Assembly: GCA_963843575.1 (NCBI GenBank) | Contig: CAWJKZ010000012.1 | Location: 32,001-96,000 of the forward strand | DNA length: 64,000 nucleotides | Direction: 5' to 3' | From: an uncultured Acidobacteriota bacterium | Lineage (GTDB): Bacteria; Acidobacteriota; UBA6911 | Shown here: in pieces, positions 52,676 through 64,000 of the stretch | Position numbering within the stretch: the stretch's first letter is position 1 | How the letters are laid out: each line of letters opens with the position of its first letter | Made by a program: the position numbers and the translations under genes | The notes under the pieces: model-generated | What the model saw: only the letters and a program-made list of their open reading frames with translations | Told to the model about the DNA's origin: nothing | Database searches by the model: none

Positions 52676-52846
52676 GGCGCGGGCCTCGAGGTTGCCGAGT
52701 GTGATGCCGTGGTTTATACTACGCTAACACGTCCGGAACACTGGTCGGGATTTTAACATTAATCAGGTTGCGGGCCCGGGACGCGGGTCGCGCCCAACCC
52801 GGCCTTCTGCAGTGTCATCTGCGTCCGCTGCGTCTGAAATGAAACT

Positions 52847-54700
52847 ATGTGCGGAATTGTGGGCTACATCGGCTCGAAGCCTGTCGTCTCGGTCATCCTG
52901 GAGGGTCTGAGAAAGCTCGAATACCGGGGCTATGACTCCGCCGGGATCGCGGTGGTGTCGCAGGGTACGGTTGCGGTGCGCCGGTCCTCGGGCAAGCTGG
53001 TCAACCTGAGGCGGTCACTCGAGAGCTCGCCGCTTGCGGGCGACTACGGGATCGGCCACACGCGCTGGGCCACGCACGGGCGCCCCACAGAGGAAAACGC
53101 GCACCCGCACAGGGACTGCACCGGCCGGATCGTGGTCGTGCACAACGGGATCGTCGAGAACTACCTGGACCTCAAGACCTGCCTGCAGCGGCAGGGGCAC
53201 GTCTTCGCCACCGAAACCGACACCGAGGTCATCGCCCACCTCGTCGAATCCTGCCTGCCGGGAAAGGATCTCGCCTCCGCCGTTTCGGCGGCGCTGGCGC
53301 AGGTGCGCGGGAGTTTCGCCGTCGGCATCATCTCGGCCGACCACCCCAACACGATCGTCGCGGCGCGCAGCGGTCCCCCTCTGATCGTGGGACTGGGGGA
53401 AGGCGAGCTGCTGCTGGCCTCCGACGTGCCCGCGGTGCTCGAACACACCCGCAACATGTACTTCCTGCGGGACGGGGAACTGGCCGTTCTCTCGCCCAGT
53501 GGCGTCAGCGTGCAGGATTTCTCGGGTCGCCCCGTCGCCTTCACGCCTCAGGAAATCCGGTGGAGCCCCGACATGGCCGAAAAAGGGGGATACCGCCATT
53601 TCATGCTCAAGGAGATCCACGAGCAGCCACGCTCGATCCGGGACACCATATCGGGCCGCATTTCGCTCGAGTCCGGGCAGGTCTTCCTCGAAGAGGCCAA
53701 CCTGCCCGAGGACGTCATCGCCGCCATCGACCGGATCCACATCGTTGCCTGCGGGACCTCCTGGCACGCTGCCCTCGTGGGCAAGTTCCTGATCGAAGAG
53801 ATGGCCCGCATACCGGTCGAGGTCGATTACGGCTCGGAGTTCCGTTACCGGGATCCCATCCTCGACCGACGCTGCCTCGTGGTCGCCATCAGCCAATCCG
53901 GAGAAACCGCCGACACGCTCGCCGCCGTGCGGGAGGCCAGGACGAAGGAGGCGCGCGTCCTGGCAATCTGCAACGTCGTCGGGAGCATGCTCTCGCGCGA
54001 GAGCGACGGCACGCTGTATACCCGCAGCGGCCCCGAAATCGGCGTGGCGTCGACCAAGGCGTTCACCGCGCAGCTCGTGGTCCTCCTCCTGCTCGCCCTG
54101 CGGCTGGCGTTGGTGCGTCGGCGCCTTGCGCCCGAGCACGCGGCACGCCTCCTGGCCGACCTCACGCTCGTGCCCCAAGGCCTGGACCAGCTGCTGGCAA
54201 GCGCGCCGAAGTACGAGAAGATCGCCCGCGCCATCTACAAGTACAACAACTCGCTCTTCCTCGGGCGCGGGATGCAATACCCGATCGCGCTCGAAGGCGC
54301 GCTGAAGCTGAAGGAAGTATCCTACATCCACGCCGAAGGATACCCCGCGGGGGAGATGAAACACGGCCCCAACGCCCTGATCGACGGCAACCTGCCGGTC
54401 GTGGCCCTGGCCGCCCGCGACTCGCGCGACCGGAAATCCGTCCTGCGATACGAAAAGATGCTGAGCAACATCGAGGAGGTGCGCGCCCGCGAGGGGGTCG
54501 TGATCGTCGTAGGCACCGAAGGGGACGAGAGGCTGGATGGTCTCGCACAGCACGTCATCCGCATCCCCGAGGTGGCCGACTGGCTCATCCCCATCCTCCT
54601 GCCCGTCCCGCTGCAGCTGCTTGCCTACCACGTCGCCGTACTGCGCGGCTGCGACGTAGACCAACCGCGCAACCTCGCCAAGAGCGTCACGGTCGAGTGA
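52847..54700 (+). CDS. glmS: Glutamine--fructose-6-phosphate aminotransferase
   Basis: [40 protein letters not shown]. Confidence 0.97.
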   Translation: MCGIVGYIGSKPVVSVILEGLRKLEYRGYDSAGIAVVSQGTVAVRRSSGKLVNLRRSLESSPLAGDYGIGHTRWATHGRPTEENAHPHRDCTGRIVVVHNGIVENYLDLKTCLQRQGHVFATETDTEVIAHLVESCLPGKDLASAVSAALAQVRGSFAVGIISADHPNTIVAARSGPPLIVGLGEGELLLASDVPAVLEHTRNMYFLRDGELAVLSPSGVSVQDFSGRPVAFTPQEIRWSPDMAEKGGYRHFMLKEIHEQPRSIRDTISGRISLESGQVFLEEANLPEDVIAAIDRIHIVACGTSWHAALVGKFLIEEMARIPVEVDYGSEFRYRDPILDRRCLVVAISQSGETADTLAAVREARTKEARVLAICNVVGSMLSRESDGTLYTRSGPEIGVASTKAFTAQLVVLLLLALRLALVRRRLAPEHAARLLADLTLVPQGLDQLLASAPKYEKIARAIYKYNNSLFLGRGMQYPIALEGALKLKEVSYIHAEGYPAGEMKHGPNALIDGNLPVVALAARDSRDRKSVLRYEKMLSNIEEVRAREGVVIVVGTEGDERLDGLAQHVIRIPEVADWLIPILLPVPLQLLAYHVAVLRGCDVDQPRNLAKSVTVE

Positions 54701-54842
54701 AACAACCGAGGACGCGAGGAGACCGCCGCTCCGGCTGGCGCCAACCGGGCTGCGGATCCCGGACCTTTCCCGTCGAAATCGGTCACTGCGATTCAGACAG
54801 TGCGCAGGCGACTCAAAATCCCTCGGACGCGGACGAACGCTG

Positions 54843-54876
54843 GCAAAGCTCGACGGGGCGCCCCATCGAGCTTTGC
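54843..54876. terminator. Strong hairpin downstream of glmS
   Basis: gcaaagctcga / tcgagctttgc stem. Confidence 0.5.
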
Positions 54877-54897
54877 ACACGGATGAAAGCAAACTTA

Positions 54898-55124
54898 GTA
54901 CCACATTTCGCAAATACGCTAACGTATTCTTGGGATGGAGCTGGTCACCGATTGACAACAGCAGAACGCGGATCTTCCCGGATTTTACGGATTCACGCGG
55001 ATCGGCCGCGCCCGGCAGCCCTCGGGGAGGAACGCCGGGCGCGGCCTGCCACCAGGTGGAAATCCGCGTGCATCCGCCTCGATCCGCGTGCTGGAAACGT
55101 TAGCGTATTTCTGAACACGAGTAC
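54898..55124. mobile_element. Family B MITE-like element with imperfect TIRs and TTA flanks
   Basis: TTA-GTACcacatttcgcAAATACGCTAACGT ... ACGTTAGCGTATTTctgaacacgaGTAC-TTA; internal cgcggat/atccgcg repeats. Confidence 0.65.
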
Positions 55125-55127
55125 TTA

Positions 55128-55167
55128 GGGTTCGCGCAAGAATGAGTTCACATTTTGGCGCGAGCCC
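55128..55167. mobile_element. 40-bp remnant of a family A MITE end
   Basis: gggttcgcgcaagaatgagttcacattttggcgcgagccc matches the ends of the 9822 and 42956 elements. Confidence 0.75.
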
Positions 55168-55330
55168 CAAGCTACAACCTAAATCCGCGAGAACCCGCGT
55201 TCCAGGGAGTTTGCAGGATCCCCAGTGTCTGAATCGTCGAAACCGGTCACAAAAGTGTTGCTATCGGGAACAAACCTCAACTATTTTAGGTAGTTAAATT
55301 ACTAACCCATTACGCACTTCTAGGGGGGCT

Positions 55331-56671
55331 ATGGAGGAGAGAAAGGTTTCCCGGCGAGTATTCCTGGTAACGAGCACGGCGACCCTGATCGCCACCGGCG
55401 CGATGGCTCAGAAGAGGACTTTCCGGGCTGCCGGCTACAAGTCGCCGAACGAGAAACTGAACGTCGCGGCGATCGGAGCCGGGGGCAAGGGAGCTTCCGA
55501 CATCGACGGCTGTAACTCTGAAAACATCGTGGCCCTGTGCGATCCGGACTTCAAAACGGCAGCAAAGACGTTTTCCAAGTACCCGAACGCCAAGCAATAC
55601 AAAGACTTCCGTGTGATGTTCGACAAGGAGAGGAACATCGACGCGGTAACCATCGCGACGCCGGACCACTCGCACGCCGTGGCTGCGATGTGGGCGATGG
55701 AAAGCGGCGCGCACGTCTACGTGCAGAAGCCGCTGACCCACGACATCTACGAGGCCCGCAGGCTCACCGAGGCGGCCCGGAAATACAAAGTCGCCAGCCA
55801 GATGGGCAACCAGGGGCACTCGGGCGAGGGTACCCGGAAACTCTGCGAGATGATCTGGTCCGGCGTGATCGGCAACGTCACCGAGGTCCACGCCTGGACG
55901 AATCGTCCGATCTGGCCTCAGGGGATCACCGAACCGCTCCCGGCGGAGCCGTTGCCCGAATACATGGACTGGGACGTCTGGCTCGGACCGGCGGCCAACC
56001 GCCCGTACAACTCCAATTACGCTCCCTTCAAGTGGCGTGGCTGGTACGACTTCGGCTGCGGCGCGATCGGGGATATGGCATGCCACATCCTTGACCCGGC
56101 CAACTGGGCCTTGCAGCTGGGCCACCCGGTCAGCGTCGAATGCATCAACCAGGAAGGCAAAAACCCTTACACGTACCCGACGAAGTCCACCCTGCGGTAT
56201 GACTTCCCTTCGCGGGGATCCATGCCTCCGGTCAGCATCTACTGGTATGACGGCGGTCTTTTCCCACCCAGGCCCGCAGGGATTCCAGCCGATTGTATCC
56301 TGGGCGACAAGCCGAAGGGCGACAACGGATCTATTTTCATCGGCGAGCGGGGAGTCATCACCACCGGCACGTATGGCGAGGGTACACGCCTGATCCCCGA
56401 CGAGAAGATGAAAGAGTACGAGTTCCCGTCGCAGGTCCTGACCCGCTCCCCGGGTCACTACCGCGACTGGATCCGCGCCTGCAAGGGCGGCGCCCCGGCC
56501 TGCTCCAACTTCGACTACTCCGGCCCGTTCACCGAGTGGGTCCTGCTCGGACCCATCGCGCTCAGGCACGAGGGAAAGCTGATGTGGGACGGCCCCCGGA
56601 TGAAGATCACCAACGTGCGCGCCGCCAACGAGTGGGTGCGTCGCCCCTACCGCAAGGGGTGGAGACTCTAG
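55331..56671 (+). CDS. Tat-exported Gfo/Idh/MocA oxidoreductase
   Basis: SRRVFL twin-Arg motif, IGAGGKG, ATPDHSH, VQKPLT, GDMACH. Confidence 0.9.
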   Translation: MEERKVSRRVFLVTSTATLIATGAMAQKRTFRAAGYKSPNEKLNVAAIGAGGKGASDIDGCNSENIVALCDPDFKTAAKTFSKYPNAKQYKDFRVMFDKERNIDAVTIATPDHSHAVAAMWAMESGAHVYVQKPLTHDIYEARRLTEAARKYKVASQMGNQGHSGEGTRKLCEMIWSGVIGNVTEVHAWTNRPIWPQGITEPLPAEPLPEYMDWDVWLGPAANRPYNSNYAPFKWRGWYDFGCGAIGDMACHILDPANWALQLGHPVSVECINQEGKNPYTYPTKSTLRYDFPSRGSMPPVSIYWYDGGLFPPRPAGIPADCILGDKPKGDNGSIFIGERGVITTGTYGEGTRLIPDEKMKEYEFPSQVLTRSPGHYRDWIRACKGGAPACSNFDYSGPFTEWVLLGPIALRHEGKLMWDGPRMKITNVRAANEWVRRPYRKGWRL

Positions 56672-56737
56672 CGCACCGCTGTCGAGGAGGCGCCGTCCCG
56701 GAAGCGACGTCGAGCCATGTGGGCATCCCGTCGCGCA

Positions 56738-56778
56738 TTTGGCGCACGGCGCCTCGTCGCGAAGCGCCGTGCGCCAAA
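56738..56778. terminator. Perfect 15-bp hairpin between convergent genes
   Basis: tttggcgcacggcgc / gcgccgtgcgccaaa. Confidence 0.6.
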
Positions 56779-56895
56779 CGCCGGGAGCCGGACCGGGCCG
56801 TTCCGAGGGCTTCAGTGCTTTCCGTGGCAGGTTATTGATCTGCGTGGGACCGCGTCTATCAGCGTCCGAAAGAAGCGGGCCGCCGCCCGCCATGA

Positions 56896-57873
56896 CTAGC
56901 GGGCGTTCAGACGCAGGCGATTCGCTTCCAGGGAGCGGCGCATCGCGGGCGCGAACGGCGAGTCCGGGTGCAGTCGCAGAAACTCCTCGAGTTCCCGAAC
57001 CACCGAGGGCACATCCCCGCGGGTGCCGTAAATCTCCATCAGGGTGAGCTGGGGATAGGCAAAGTGCGCCGGGTCCAGGGTCTTGGCCTCGCGCAGGTGC
57101 TCTTCCGCCGCGTCCAACTGACCGAGCATGAAATAGTTCCTGCCCAGCTGGACCTGCGCCAGCGCGTCGTCCGGCTTTGCTTGCACGGCGCGCAGGTTGA
57201 GCGGCAGAGCTTCTTTCGGCCTGTTCCGGGTCAGCAGCGTGCCTCCCAGGTTCACTAGAGGCGAGTAAGCGCGCTCGTCGCGCTTCAAGGCCTCGCGAAA
57301 GTACTGCTCGGCTTCACCGTACCGCTTCGTCTGATAGGCGATCGTGCCCAACTGGTTCCAGGCCAGGGCGAACTGGGGCGCGATCTCGACCGCCCTCTTG
57401 AGGAAACCGATCGCGCCAGGCAGGTCCCCGCTCCCCAGCCGCTCCTGCGCTTTCGCATACTGTTTCCAGGCTCTCTCGGAAACCGAGAGCTCGGCGGCCG
57501 AAACCGCGTGGTCGCGTTCCACGATCGCGTTTTCGTCGAACATGATCAGGACAGACACCTCTCCCTTGGCATCCGCAGAACTTGGACCGACCTCCACGCT
57601 CTTGCGGACTTCTCCCGACTGCGGCACGGCCGCGACCAGCAGGTACAGGCCTTTCGGCAGGCGCTTGAATCGGAACTTGCCGTCGACATTGGCCTCGGTG
57701 CGGACACTGAAAGGAGTCACCGCCCCCTGCAAAAAGACGACGGGGACCACCTGTTTCGGAAACGGCTTTTCGTCCGCCTGCAGGATTTTCCCCGTCAAAC
57801 TGAAGGTCTTCTCCCCAGCTTGCGCCGGGAAAGCGGCAGCGAGGACGGCGATGCACAGGAACAACCGGGGCAT
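56896..57873 (-). CDS. Secreted protein with a carboxypeptidase-regulatory-like domain and TPR repeats
   Basis: Signal peptide; DGKFRFKRLPKGLY; TPR repeats. Confidence 0.8.
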   Translation of the reverse strand: MPRLFLCIAVLAAAFPAQAGEKTFSLTGKILQADEKPFPKQVVPVVFLQGAVTPFSVRTEANVDGKFRFKRLPKGLYLLVAAVPQSGEVRKSVEVGPSSADAKGEVSVLIMFDENAIVERDHAVSAAELSVSERAWKQYAKAQERLGSGDLPGAIGFLKRAVEIAPQFALAWNQLGTIAYQTKRYGEAEQYFREALKRDERAYSPLVNLGGTLLTRNRPKEALPLNLRAVQAKPDDALAQVQLGRNYFMLGQLDAAEEHLREAKTLDPAHFAYPQLTLMEIYGTRGDVPSVVRELEEFLRLHPDSPFAPAMRRSLEANRLRLNAR

Positions 57874-58106
57874 GGTTTTTTCAGGGTAATCGCTCTGCCG
57901 CAAAAAATCCAAAACAAAAGCTCTGGAAGTGTGCCGAAGCTCGGCCTTCTCATACTTCGAGAACTGCGTGGTGGGGCGCCGCAATGTCGCGCTCCGGCGT
58001 GGCGTGGAAGCGCAGGGCATTCCGGCCTCAAGGCGTAGGCGTAGAGCGGCGCCGAGACGCCGCACTCCACAGGCACTCCCGATCTGCTATCCTCTGTAAG
58101 GAATAC

Positions 58107-59324
58107 ATGGAACTGAAGTTCGAAGATCGCGAAGGGAAAGCGGTATTGGTCAACGTCCGGCAAAATGCCGTTACCGTCGCGCTGGATGGCGTCGACGTGC
58201 TGACCTTCGACCGCGCCGGGAGGCTCGTCACCGCAGTGCTGGCCGGGCACACGTACAGGAGGGGGCTCGACGGACGCGTCCTGGAAAAGTGGCGTGAACG
58301 GGCGGGCGGCTCGACCGCACGGCGCCGGCGCCTGCTGACGGGCCCGCAGGCCTGCTCAGTGATCGACAGGGTCCAGGGCGAGGTTCGGGCGGCGGTGGCC
58401 GCCCTCGAGCATTACCCCGCCCTGCGGGACGACGCCCAGGAAATCGCCGCGGCACTGGAGTGCCTCTCCCGGTTCGATGCCGAGTCGTTGGCGCAAGACA
58501 CCGCCCAACTGTCGCGCATATACCGCCCGGTCGCGATATTGCCTCCCGACCAATACCTCGCACTGGTACTGCAAATCACCGAAGGGTGCAGCTACAATCG
58601 CTGCGCATTCTGCGGTTTCTACCGCGATCGCCCGTTCCGCATCAAGAGCCCCGGCGAAATCGAATCCCACATCGCAGCCGTCGCCGCTTTTCTGGGCCCC
58701 GGCATCACGCTGCGCCGCTCCGTGTTCCTGGCGGACGCCAACGCCCTTTGCCTGCCGCTCGAGCGGCTGCTGCCGCTGCTGGAGTTGGTCAATGCGCGCC
58801 TGGAACCCTTGCTCTGCGCAGGTTCGCGGGGCATCTACTCGTTCGTCGACACCTTCTCCGACAGGCAGCGCACTGCCGCCGACTACGCTGAACTGGGCAG
58901 GCGCAACGTCCGCCGCCTCGATCTGGGCGTCGAGACGGGTTCCCGCGAACTCCTGACACTGCTCCGCAAGCCGCAACAACCGGGGGAAATCGCCGAAACG
59001 ATCCGGGCCATCAAGAGGGGCGGATTGAACGTCGGCGCGATCCTGATGCTCGGCGTCGGAGGACGCGAGTACGCCGAAAAGCACGTCGAGGAAAGCACCC
59101 GGCTGCTCAACTCCATTCCCTGGAGCCGCGGCGATGTCGTTTTTCTCTCGGAGTTTGTGTCGTTTCCGGGCCTCGAGTACCCGGACCTGGCGCGCGAGGC
59201 CGGCATCCGACTGCTCTCGCCCGGGGAGACGGCCGCGCAGTATCGGGCCTTGGCCGCCGGCGTCAGGCGCGAGGGGTCATGGCCGAAAATCGCTCCCTAT
59301 AACGCGGAGGAATTTATATACTAG
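58107..59324 (+). CDS. Radical SAM protein (Cx4Cx2C) with an N-terminal extension
   Basis: LQITEGCSYNRCAFC, FLADANAL, GVETGS. Confidence 0.85.
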   Translation: MELKFEDREGKAVLVNVRQNAVTVALDGVDVLTFDRAGRLVTAVLAGHTYRRGLDGRVLEKWRERAGGSTARRRRLLTGPQACSVIDRVQGEVRAAVAALEHYPALRDDAQEIAAALECLSRFDAESLAQDTAQLSRIYRPVAILPPDQYLALVLQITEGCSYNRCAFCGFYRDRPFRIKSPGEIESHIAAVAAFLGPGITLRRSVFLADANALCLPLERLLPLLELVNARLEPLLCAGSRGIYSFVDTFSDRQRTAADYAELGRRNVRRLDLGVETGSRELLTLLRKPQQPGEIAETIRAIKRGGLNVGAILMLGVGGREYAEKHVEESTRLLNSIPWSRGDVVFLSEFVSFPGLEYPDLAREAGIRLLSPGETAAQYRALAAGVRREGSWPKIAPYNAEEFIY

Positions 59325-59435
59325 CGGCTCCCGAAATCCAGCAGTGGACTGGTGAGGCGCACCCGGCGCGGCGAGCGAGCCGAACGGCAGGGCAACGTGC
59401 GGCTCCTGGCTGCTGTCCGCACGGAGTATGAAGGA

Positions 59436-60017
59436 ATGGAAAACCTGGAGAGAAACCTCGCACAAATAACCCTGGCGCCTTATATCGTCAAGGGGATGGC
59501 CCTGATCGGCGTGCGCCGCAAGGCCGGCAGCAACATGTTTCGCCATCAGATCGCCACATTGGGCATCCTGCTGGACTACAAGTACATCGATCCTGTACTC
59601 CTCAAGGCCGCCGTCATCCACGACCTGTTCGAGGACGCCCCCGGCATGCCGGGTGTCAACCGCGACGAGATCATCGCCATCGACCCGGACGGCCCCGCCG
59701 TTTACGAACTTGTCATGGAAGTCACCATCCGGCTCTCCGACGGGCACCGCGAGCCCAAATCCACCTACCTCAAGCGCATCCTGGAAACCGGCAGCCCCAG
59801 GGCGAAGATCCTTAAGCTCGCGGACCGGATCAGCAACATGACCTCGCTCGGCTTTGTCCACGAGGAGCGGTTCATCCGCAAGTACCTCGCCGAGACCCGC
59901 GAGATGGTCCTCCCGTACGCGCAGGCGATCAACCGGAACATGTTCCTGGAGCTGTCCGACCTGGTCGCGGACCGGGAAGAAAAACTGGCGTTGCTCGAGC
60001 TCAAGAAGTCCGGCTGA
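59436..60017 (+). CDS. HD-domain protein, small alarmone hydrolase/Mesh1-like
   Basis: RRKAG...RH, AAVIHDLFED, VMEVT, LKLADRISN. Confidence 0.7.
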   Translation: MENLERNLAQITLAPYIVKGMALIGVRRKAGSNMFRHQIATLGILLDYKYIDPVLLKAAVIHDLFEDAPGMPGVNRDEIIAIDPDGPAVYELVMEVTIRLSDGHREPKSTYLKRILETGSPRAKILKLADRISNMTSLGFVHEERFIRKYLAETREMVLPYAQAINRNMFLELSDLVADREEKLALLELKKSG

Positions 60018-60118
60018 CCGGACCGCCGGGGCCCCGGCTTTCGGTTTCCCGCGCGGCGAGCGCCTGCCGCCCCCTTTTTACCGACGTCCCAAAAGCAATT
60101 CTGCTAGGATGGCTGTGC

Positions 60119-62400
60119 ATGGATCTGCTCGCAAACCTCAACCCGCAACAGCGTCTCGCGGTGGAACACGGGAGGGGACCGGCCCTGGTCCTGGCCGGAG
60201 CCGGCAGCGGGAAGACCCGGGTCATCGCGCACCGCATCGCCTACCTGGTCTGCAACGGCTCCGCGCGCCCCGAAAACATCCTGGCGGTCACGTTCACCAA
60301 CAAGGCCGCCGCCGAGATGAGGGAACGGGTCCAGGCGCTCCTCGGGCCCACGCGCACGTCGGAACCGCTCATCTCCACGTTTCATTCGTTCTGCGTGCGT
60401 CTCCTGCGGCGCGAGATCCAGAGGCTGCAGTACCGCAAGGATTTCTCGATCTACGACACCGAGGACCAGAAGCGGCTCGTGAAACAGCTGCTGGGCGAAT
60501 CGCGCCTGAGCGAGTCCGATTTCAAGCCGCGCGATGTCCTGAGCCGGATCAGCTACGCCAAAAACCACGGGATCGCGCCCGCGCAGTACGAGGGCCGCTT
60601 CCCCTCGGCCGAAGCCGAGGACGTCGCCGCGCTGTATCTGCGGTACGACACCCGGTTGCGCCAGGCCAACGCGCTCGATTTCGACGACCTGCTGCTCAAG
60701 AGCGTCGAGCTGCTCGAACGGTTCCCGGACATGCGAGACTACTACAGCGACTGGTACCGGTACCTCCTGGTGGACGAGTACCAGGACACGAACCGGCCGC
60801 AGTACGACCTCCTGCGTCTGCTCACGTCGAAACACCGCAACCTGTTCGTCGTCGGGGACGAGGACCAGTCCATCTACAAGTTCCGGGGCGCCAACATCCA
60901 GAACATCCTCAGGTTCGAAAAGGACTTCCCCGGCGCCAGGATCATCAAGCTTGAACAGAACTACCGATCGACCCAGAATATCCTGCAGCGTCGCGGGCGC
61001 GGTGGTGGCCAACAACACCGAACGCAAGGGCAAAACCCTCTGGACCGAGAACGCGACCGGCGATGTCGTTACGGTTCACCGCTCGCTCTCCGGCCGCTCC
61101 GAGGCACTCTGGGTCGCCGACCGGATAAGGGAAATCCTCGAGGAGAACCCGGACTACAAGCTGGCCGTGCTCTACCGCGCCAACTTTATCTCCCGCAATT
61201 TCGAGGATGTGTTGACCGAGGAAGGGATCGCCTACGCCGTCGTCGGCAGCGTCGCCTTCTTCGGCCGGACGGAAGTGAAGGACATGCTCGCCTACCTCCG
61301 GCTGGTCTTCAACCCGGAGGACGACATCGCGCTGCTTCGCATCCTCAACACCCCACCGCGCGGCATCGGGAGCGGGACGGCGGACGTGCTGACCCGCACG
61401 GCCCTCGAGCGCGGCATCCCAATCTACCGCGCGATTCCCGAGCTGCTGAAAAGCCCGGCGCTCGCCGGGCGCAGCTCCAAGGCGCTGGCCCGGTTCCAGG
61501 AAATGGTCGAGGGATGGATGCAGATCCGGGACACTCTCCCGCCGGGCGAACTCCTGGAGCGCATCGCGTCGGAAGTGCAGTACCGGGAGATGCTCGAGAA
61601 ACAGGAAAGCGCGCAGGACGCCGAGGCGCGGGTCGACAACATCGAGGAGCTCATCCGGGCGGCCGCCGAGTCGCAGGAACGGGGCGAGAGCGTGTTCGAA
61701 TTCCTGGACCGCGCCTCCCTCTCCTCCGAACTCGACCAGTTCGACCCGAGCGCCCGCGTGGTGCTGATGACGCTCCACAGCGCGAAGGGGCTCGAGTTCG
61801 ACGTCGTTTTCCTGGCAGGCATGGAGGAGGGGCTGTTCCCGCACTCCCAGTCCATGAACAGCAAGGAGGACCTCGAGGAAGAGCGGCGGCTCTGCTACGT
61901 CGGCATCACCCGTGCCCGCCGAAAGCTCTACCTGACGTGGACGCCGTTCCGCCGCAACTTCGGCCCGGACGCCGGCATGCAGTCCATTGCCTCGCGGTTT
62001 CTCCAGGAGATGCCGGCCGACCTGGTCGAGGGACTCGAGGCGAGTTCGGGATACCTGTACGAGCCCGACGCGGAGTATCGTCGTCGGGAAGAGGACGAGG
62101 CCCGGACGATTTATCGCCGCAGACCGGAGCAGTCGCCACAGCCGGCGGGCCCAACCTCCATCGCGGAACTCAAAGCCTACCTGCAGCGGCAGGCCGACCC
62201 GGCCAAAGCCGGGGAAGGAAGACCGCGAGCCCGGCATCCACTCTGAAGTCCGGCACACGCGTGCGCCACGCGCAATTCGGCGACGGCATCGTGCTCAGCC
62301 GGGAGCGCGTCGGCAACGACGTCAAGCTGGTGATCACATTCAGCAGGGTGGGCAGAAAGACCCTGATCGAAAGGTACGCGAAACTCCAGGCGCTCCTAAA
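60119..62400 (+). CDS. pcrA: PcrA/UvrD helicase (indels; end approximate)
   Basis: LAGAGSGKT, DEYQDTN, GDEDQSIY, NYRS, HSAKGLEF, EERRLCYVGITRA, C-terminal VRHAQFGDG. Confidence 0.9.
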
Positions 62401-62505
62401 GCGGATTCCTCGAGTTTCCTTTCGAGCCTTGATGACCGGCGCGGGGCCCACCGCGGGCCCACCCGGGCTCAGGGCAGGACTCGCCGCGCAGACCCCGGGA
62501 TTTCT

Positions 62506-64000
62506 ATGCTGCCCATCGGCTACTCCACCACCGCCCTGCTGCGCGACGGCGGCTCCATCCGGATCCGGGCTCTCCGTACCGACGACGGGTACGGCTGCTG
62601 CGGCTGTTCGACCGCCTGAGCCAACGGTCGATCTACTTCCGGTTTCTTCCGTTCCAAGAGCAGGCTCACCGACGGCGAGCTGGGGCAGTTCACCGACCTG
62701 GACTTCGTGCGGCAACGCCGCGCTGGTCGCGACGCTCATGGAACACGAGCGAGGAGCACATCATCGGGGTGGGGCGCTACATGGGCCAACCCGACCCGGC
62801 CGCGCAGCGCGCCGAGGTGGCTTTCGTGGTTGCCGACGAGCACCAGGGGCGCGGGATCGGCACGTTGCTGCTCGAGCACCTGGTCCCCGTGGCCCGCGCC
62901 AACGGCATCACCGAGTTCGAGGCCGACGTGCTCGGCGAAAACAACCAGATGCTGCGCGATGTTCGCGACGAGCGGCTTCAAGGTGACGCGCTCCGCGGAA
63001 GGCGGGGTCATCCACGTGTCCTTCCCCACGGAGCCCACCGAGGAGTACTCCGAGGCCCAGCACCGCCGGGAACGCACCGCTGCGGCGCAGAGTATACGTT
63101 GGTTTCTGAATCCGGGTTCGATCGCCGTGGTCGGGGCGTCGCGCCGGCCGGGACGGATCGGGCATGCGCTGCTCGAAAACCTGACCCGGTGCGGTTTTCG
63201 GGGGCCGATCTACCCCGTCAACCCCAAGGCAGGCGAGATCTGCGGACTCAAGTGCTACCCGGACCTCTCGGCCGTGCACGCACCCGTGGACATGGCGCTG
63301 ATCGCCGTCCCCGCCCCACTCGTCGAAGGCGCGGTACACGACTGCTCCCGCGCCGGCGTCCGCTCGGTCGTGGTGATCTCCTCGGGTTTCGGGGAGGTCT
63401 CCACGGAGGGGCGCAGGCTCGAGAGCCGGCTGAAAGAGTGTGTGCGCGCGTCGGGGATGAGGATGTTGGGTCCCAACTGCATGGGGGTGCTCAACACGGA
63501 TCCCGCCGTCTCGATGAACGCCACCTTCGTCCCGACGTGGCCACCGGTGGGGAACATCGGGCTGCTCTCTCAGAGCGGGGCGCTGGGCTACGCCATCCTC
63601 GACCGCATCGAGGGCCTGAATGTCGGCCTCTCGAGCTTCGTGTCCGTGGGCAACAAGGTCGACGTCTCGGGCAACGATCTTCTCGCCTATTGGGCCGAGG
63701 ATCCGCGGACGTCGGTCATCGTCCTGTATCTCGAGAGCTTCGGCAATCCGCGCAAGTTCGCGCGCGTCGGTCCCCGAACTCGCCCGCCGCAAGCCGATCG
63801 TGGCCGTGAAGTCCGGCCGGTCGGCCGCCGGTACCCGGGCCGCGTCCAGCCACTCGGCGGCGCTGGCGAGCCTCGACGTCGCGGTGGACGCACTGTTTGA
63901 ACAGGCCGGGGTGATCCGCACCAACACGCTCGAGGAGTTGATGGACGTCGCCGTGCTTCTGTCGACCCAGCCGGTGCCGACAGGGCCTCGTGTCGGGCTG
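62506..64000 (+). CDS. GNAT plus NDP-forming acyl-CoA synthetase-like protein (Pat-type lysine acetyltransferase), truncated at window end
   Basis: LRDGGSIRIR, AEVAFVVADEHQGRGIG, IAVVGAS, YPVNP, GPNCMG, SQSGA, VGNKVD. Confidence 0.85.

Noticed and set aside
52676-52846. glmS ribozyme upstream of glmS
   Set aside because: I could not find the conserved AGCGCC...GACGAGG core; an Rfam search would settle it
38540-54958. Long antisense ORFs (38540-40438, 43329-44849, 49450-51384, 53015-54958)
   Set aside because: Shadow frames of real genes, expected at high GC with strong codon bias
60119-62986. 955-aa PcrA ORF running into the GNAT gene
   Set aside because: A mosaic of frames caused by indels; the middle of the helicase lies in ORF 60951-62246

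Overview
GC-rich bacterial chromosomal window. The Acidobacteriota-like affiliation is an inference from the secreted hypothetical proteins and REP type. Many single-base indels split otherwise intact genes (xylB, pfp, yvcK-like, mqnD, rho, moxR, pcrA, pat) and look like long-read errors. Most content is housekeeping: sugar and amino-sugar metabolism, mqnD, Moco genes, an ECF sigma cluster, rho, a moxR-DUF58-batABCDE operon, hflX, mutM, LonC, glmS, pcrA and a GNAT-CoA ligase. Three signals stand out. (1) Three selenoprotein genes are missed or split by the ORF track, each with an in-frame TGA at the catalytic Cys position: a Sec-peroxiredoxin (15278-15751), an adjacent orphan PrdB-like UxxC protein with no prdA (15796-16485), and a UxxC glutaredoxin (47619-47861, minus strand). 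Both loci carry an FmdB-type zinc-ribbon gene. (2) An apparently rewired UDP-GlcNAc cluster has a stand-alone GlmS isomerase domain, a GlmU with only the acetyltransferase domain, glmM, an orphan nucleotidyltransferase-like gene and a very long YvcK/GlmR. (3) Several non-autonomous repeat families are present: a 240-bp MITE with TAA duplications, a second TTA-flanked MITE, and REP doublets, with one REP apparently inside batC. No rRNA, tRNA, CRISPR array, transposase or prophage was seen.
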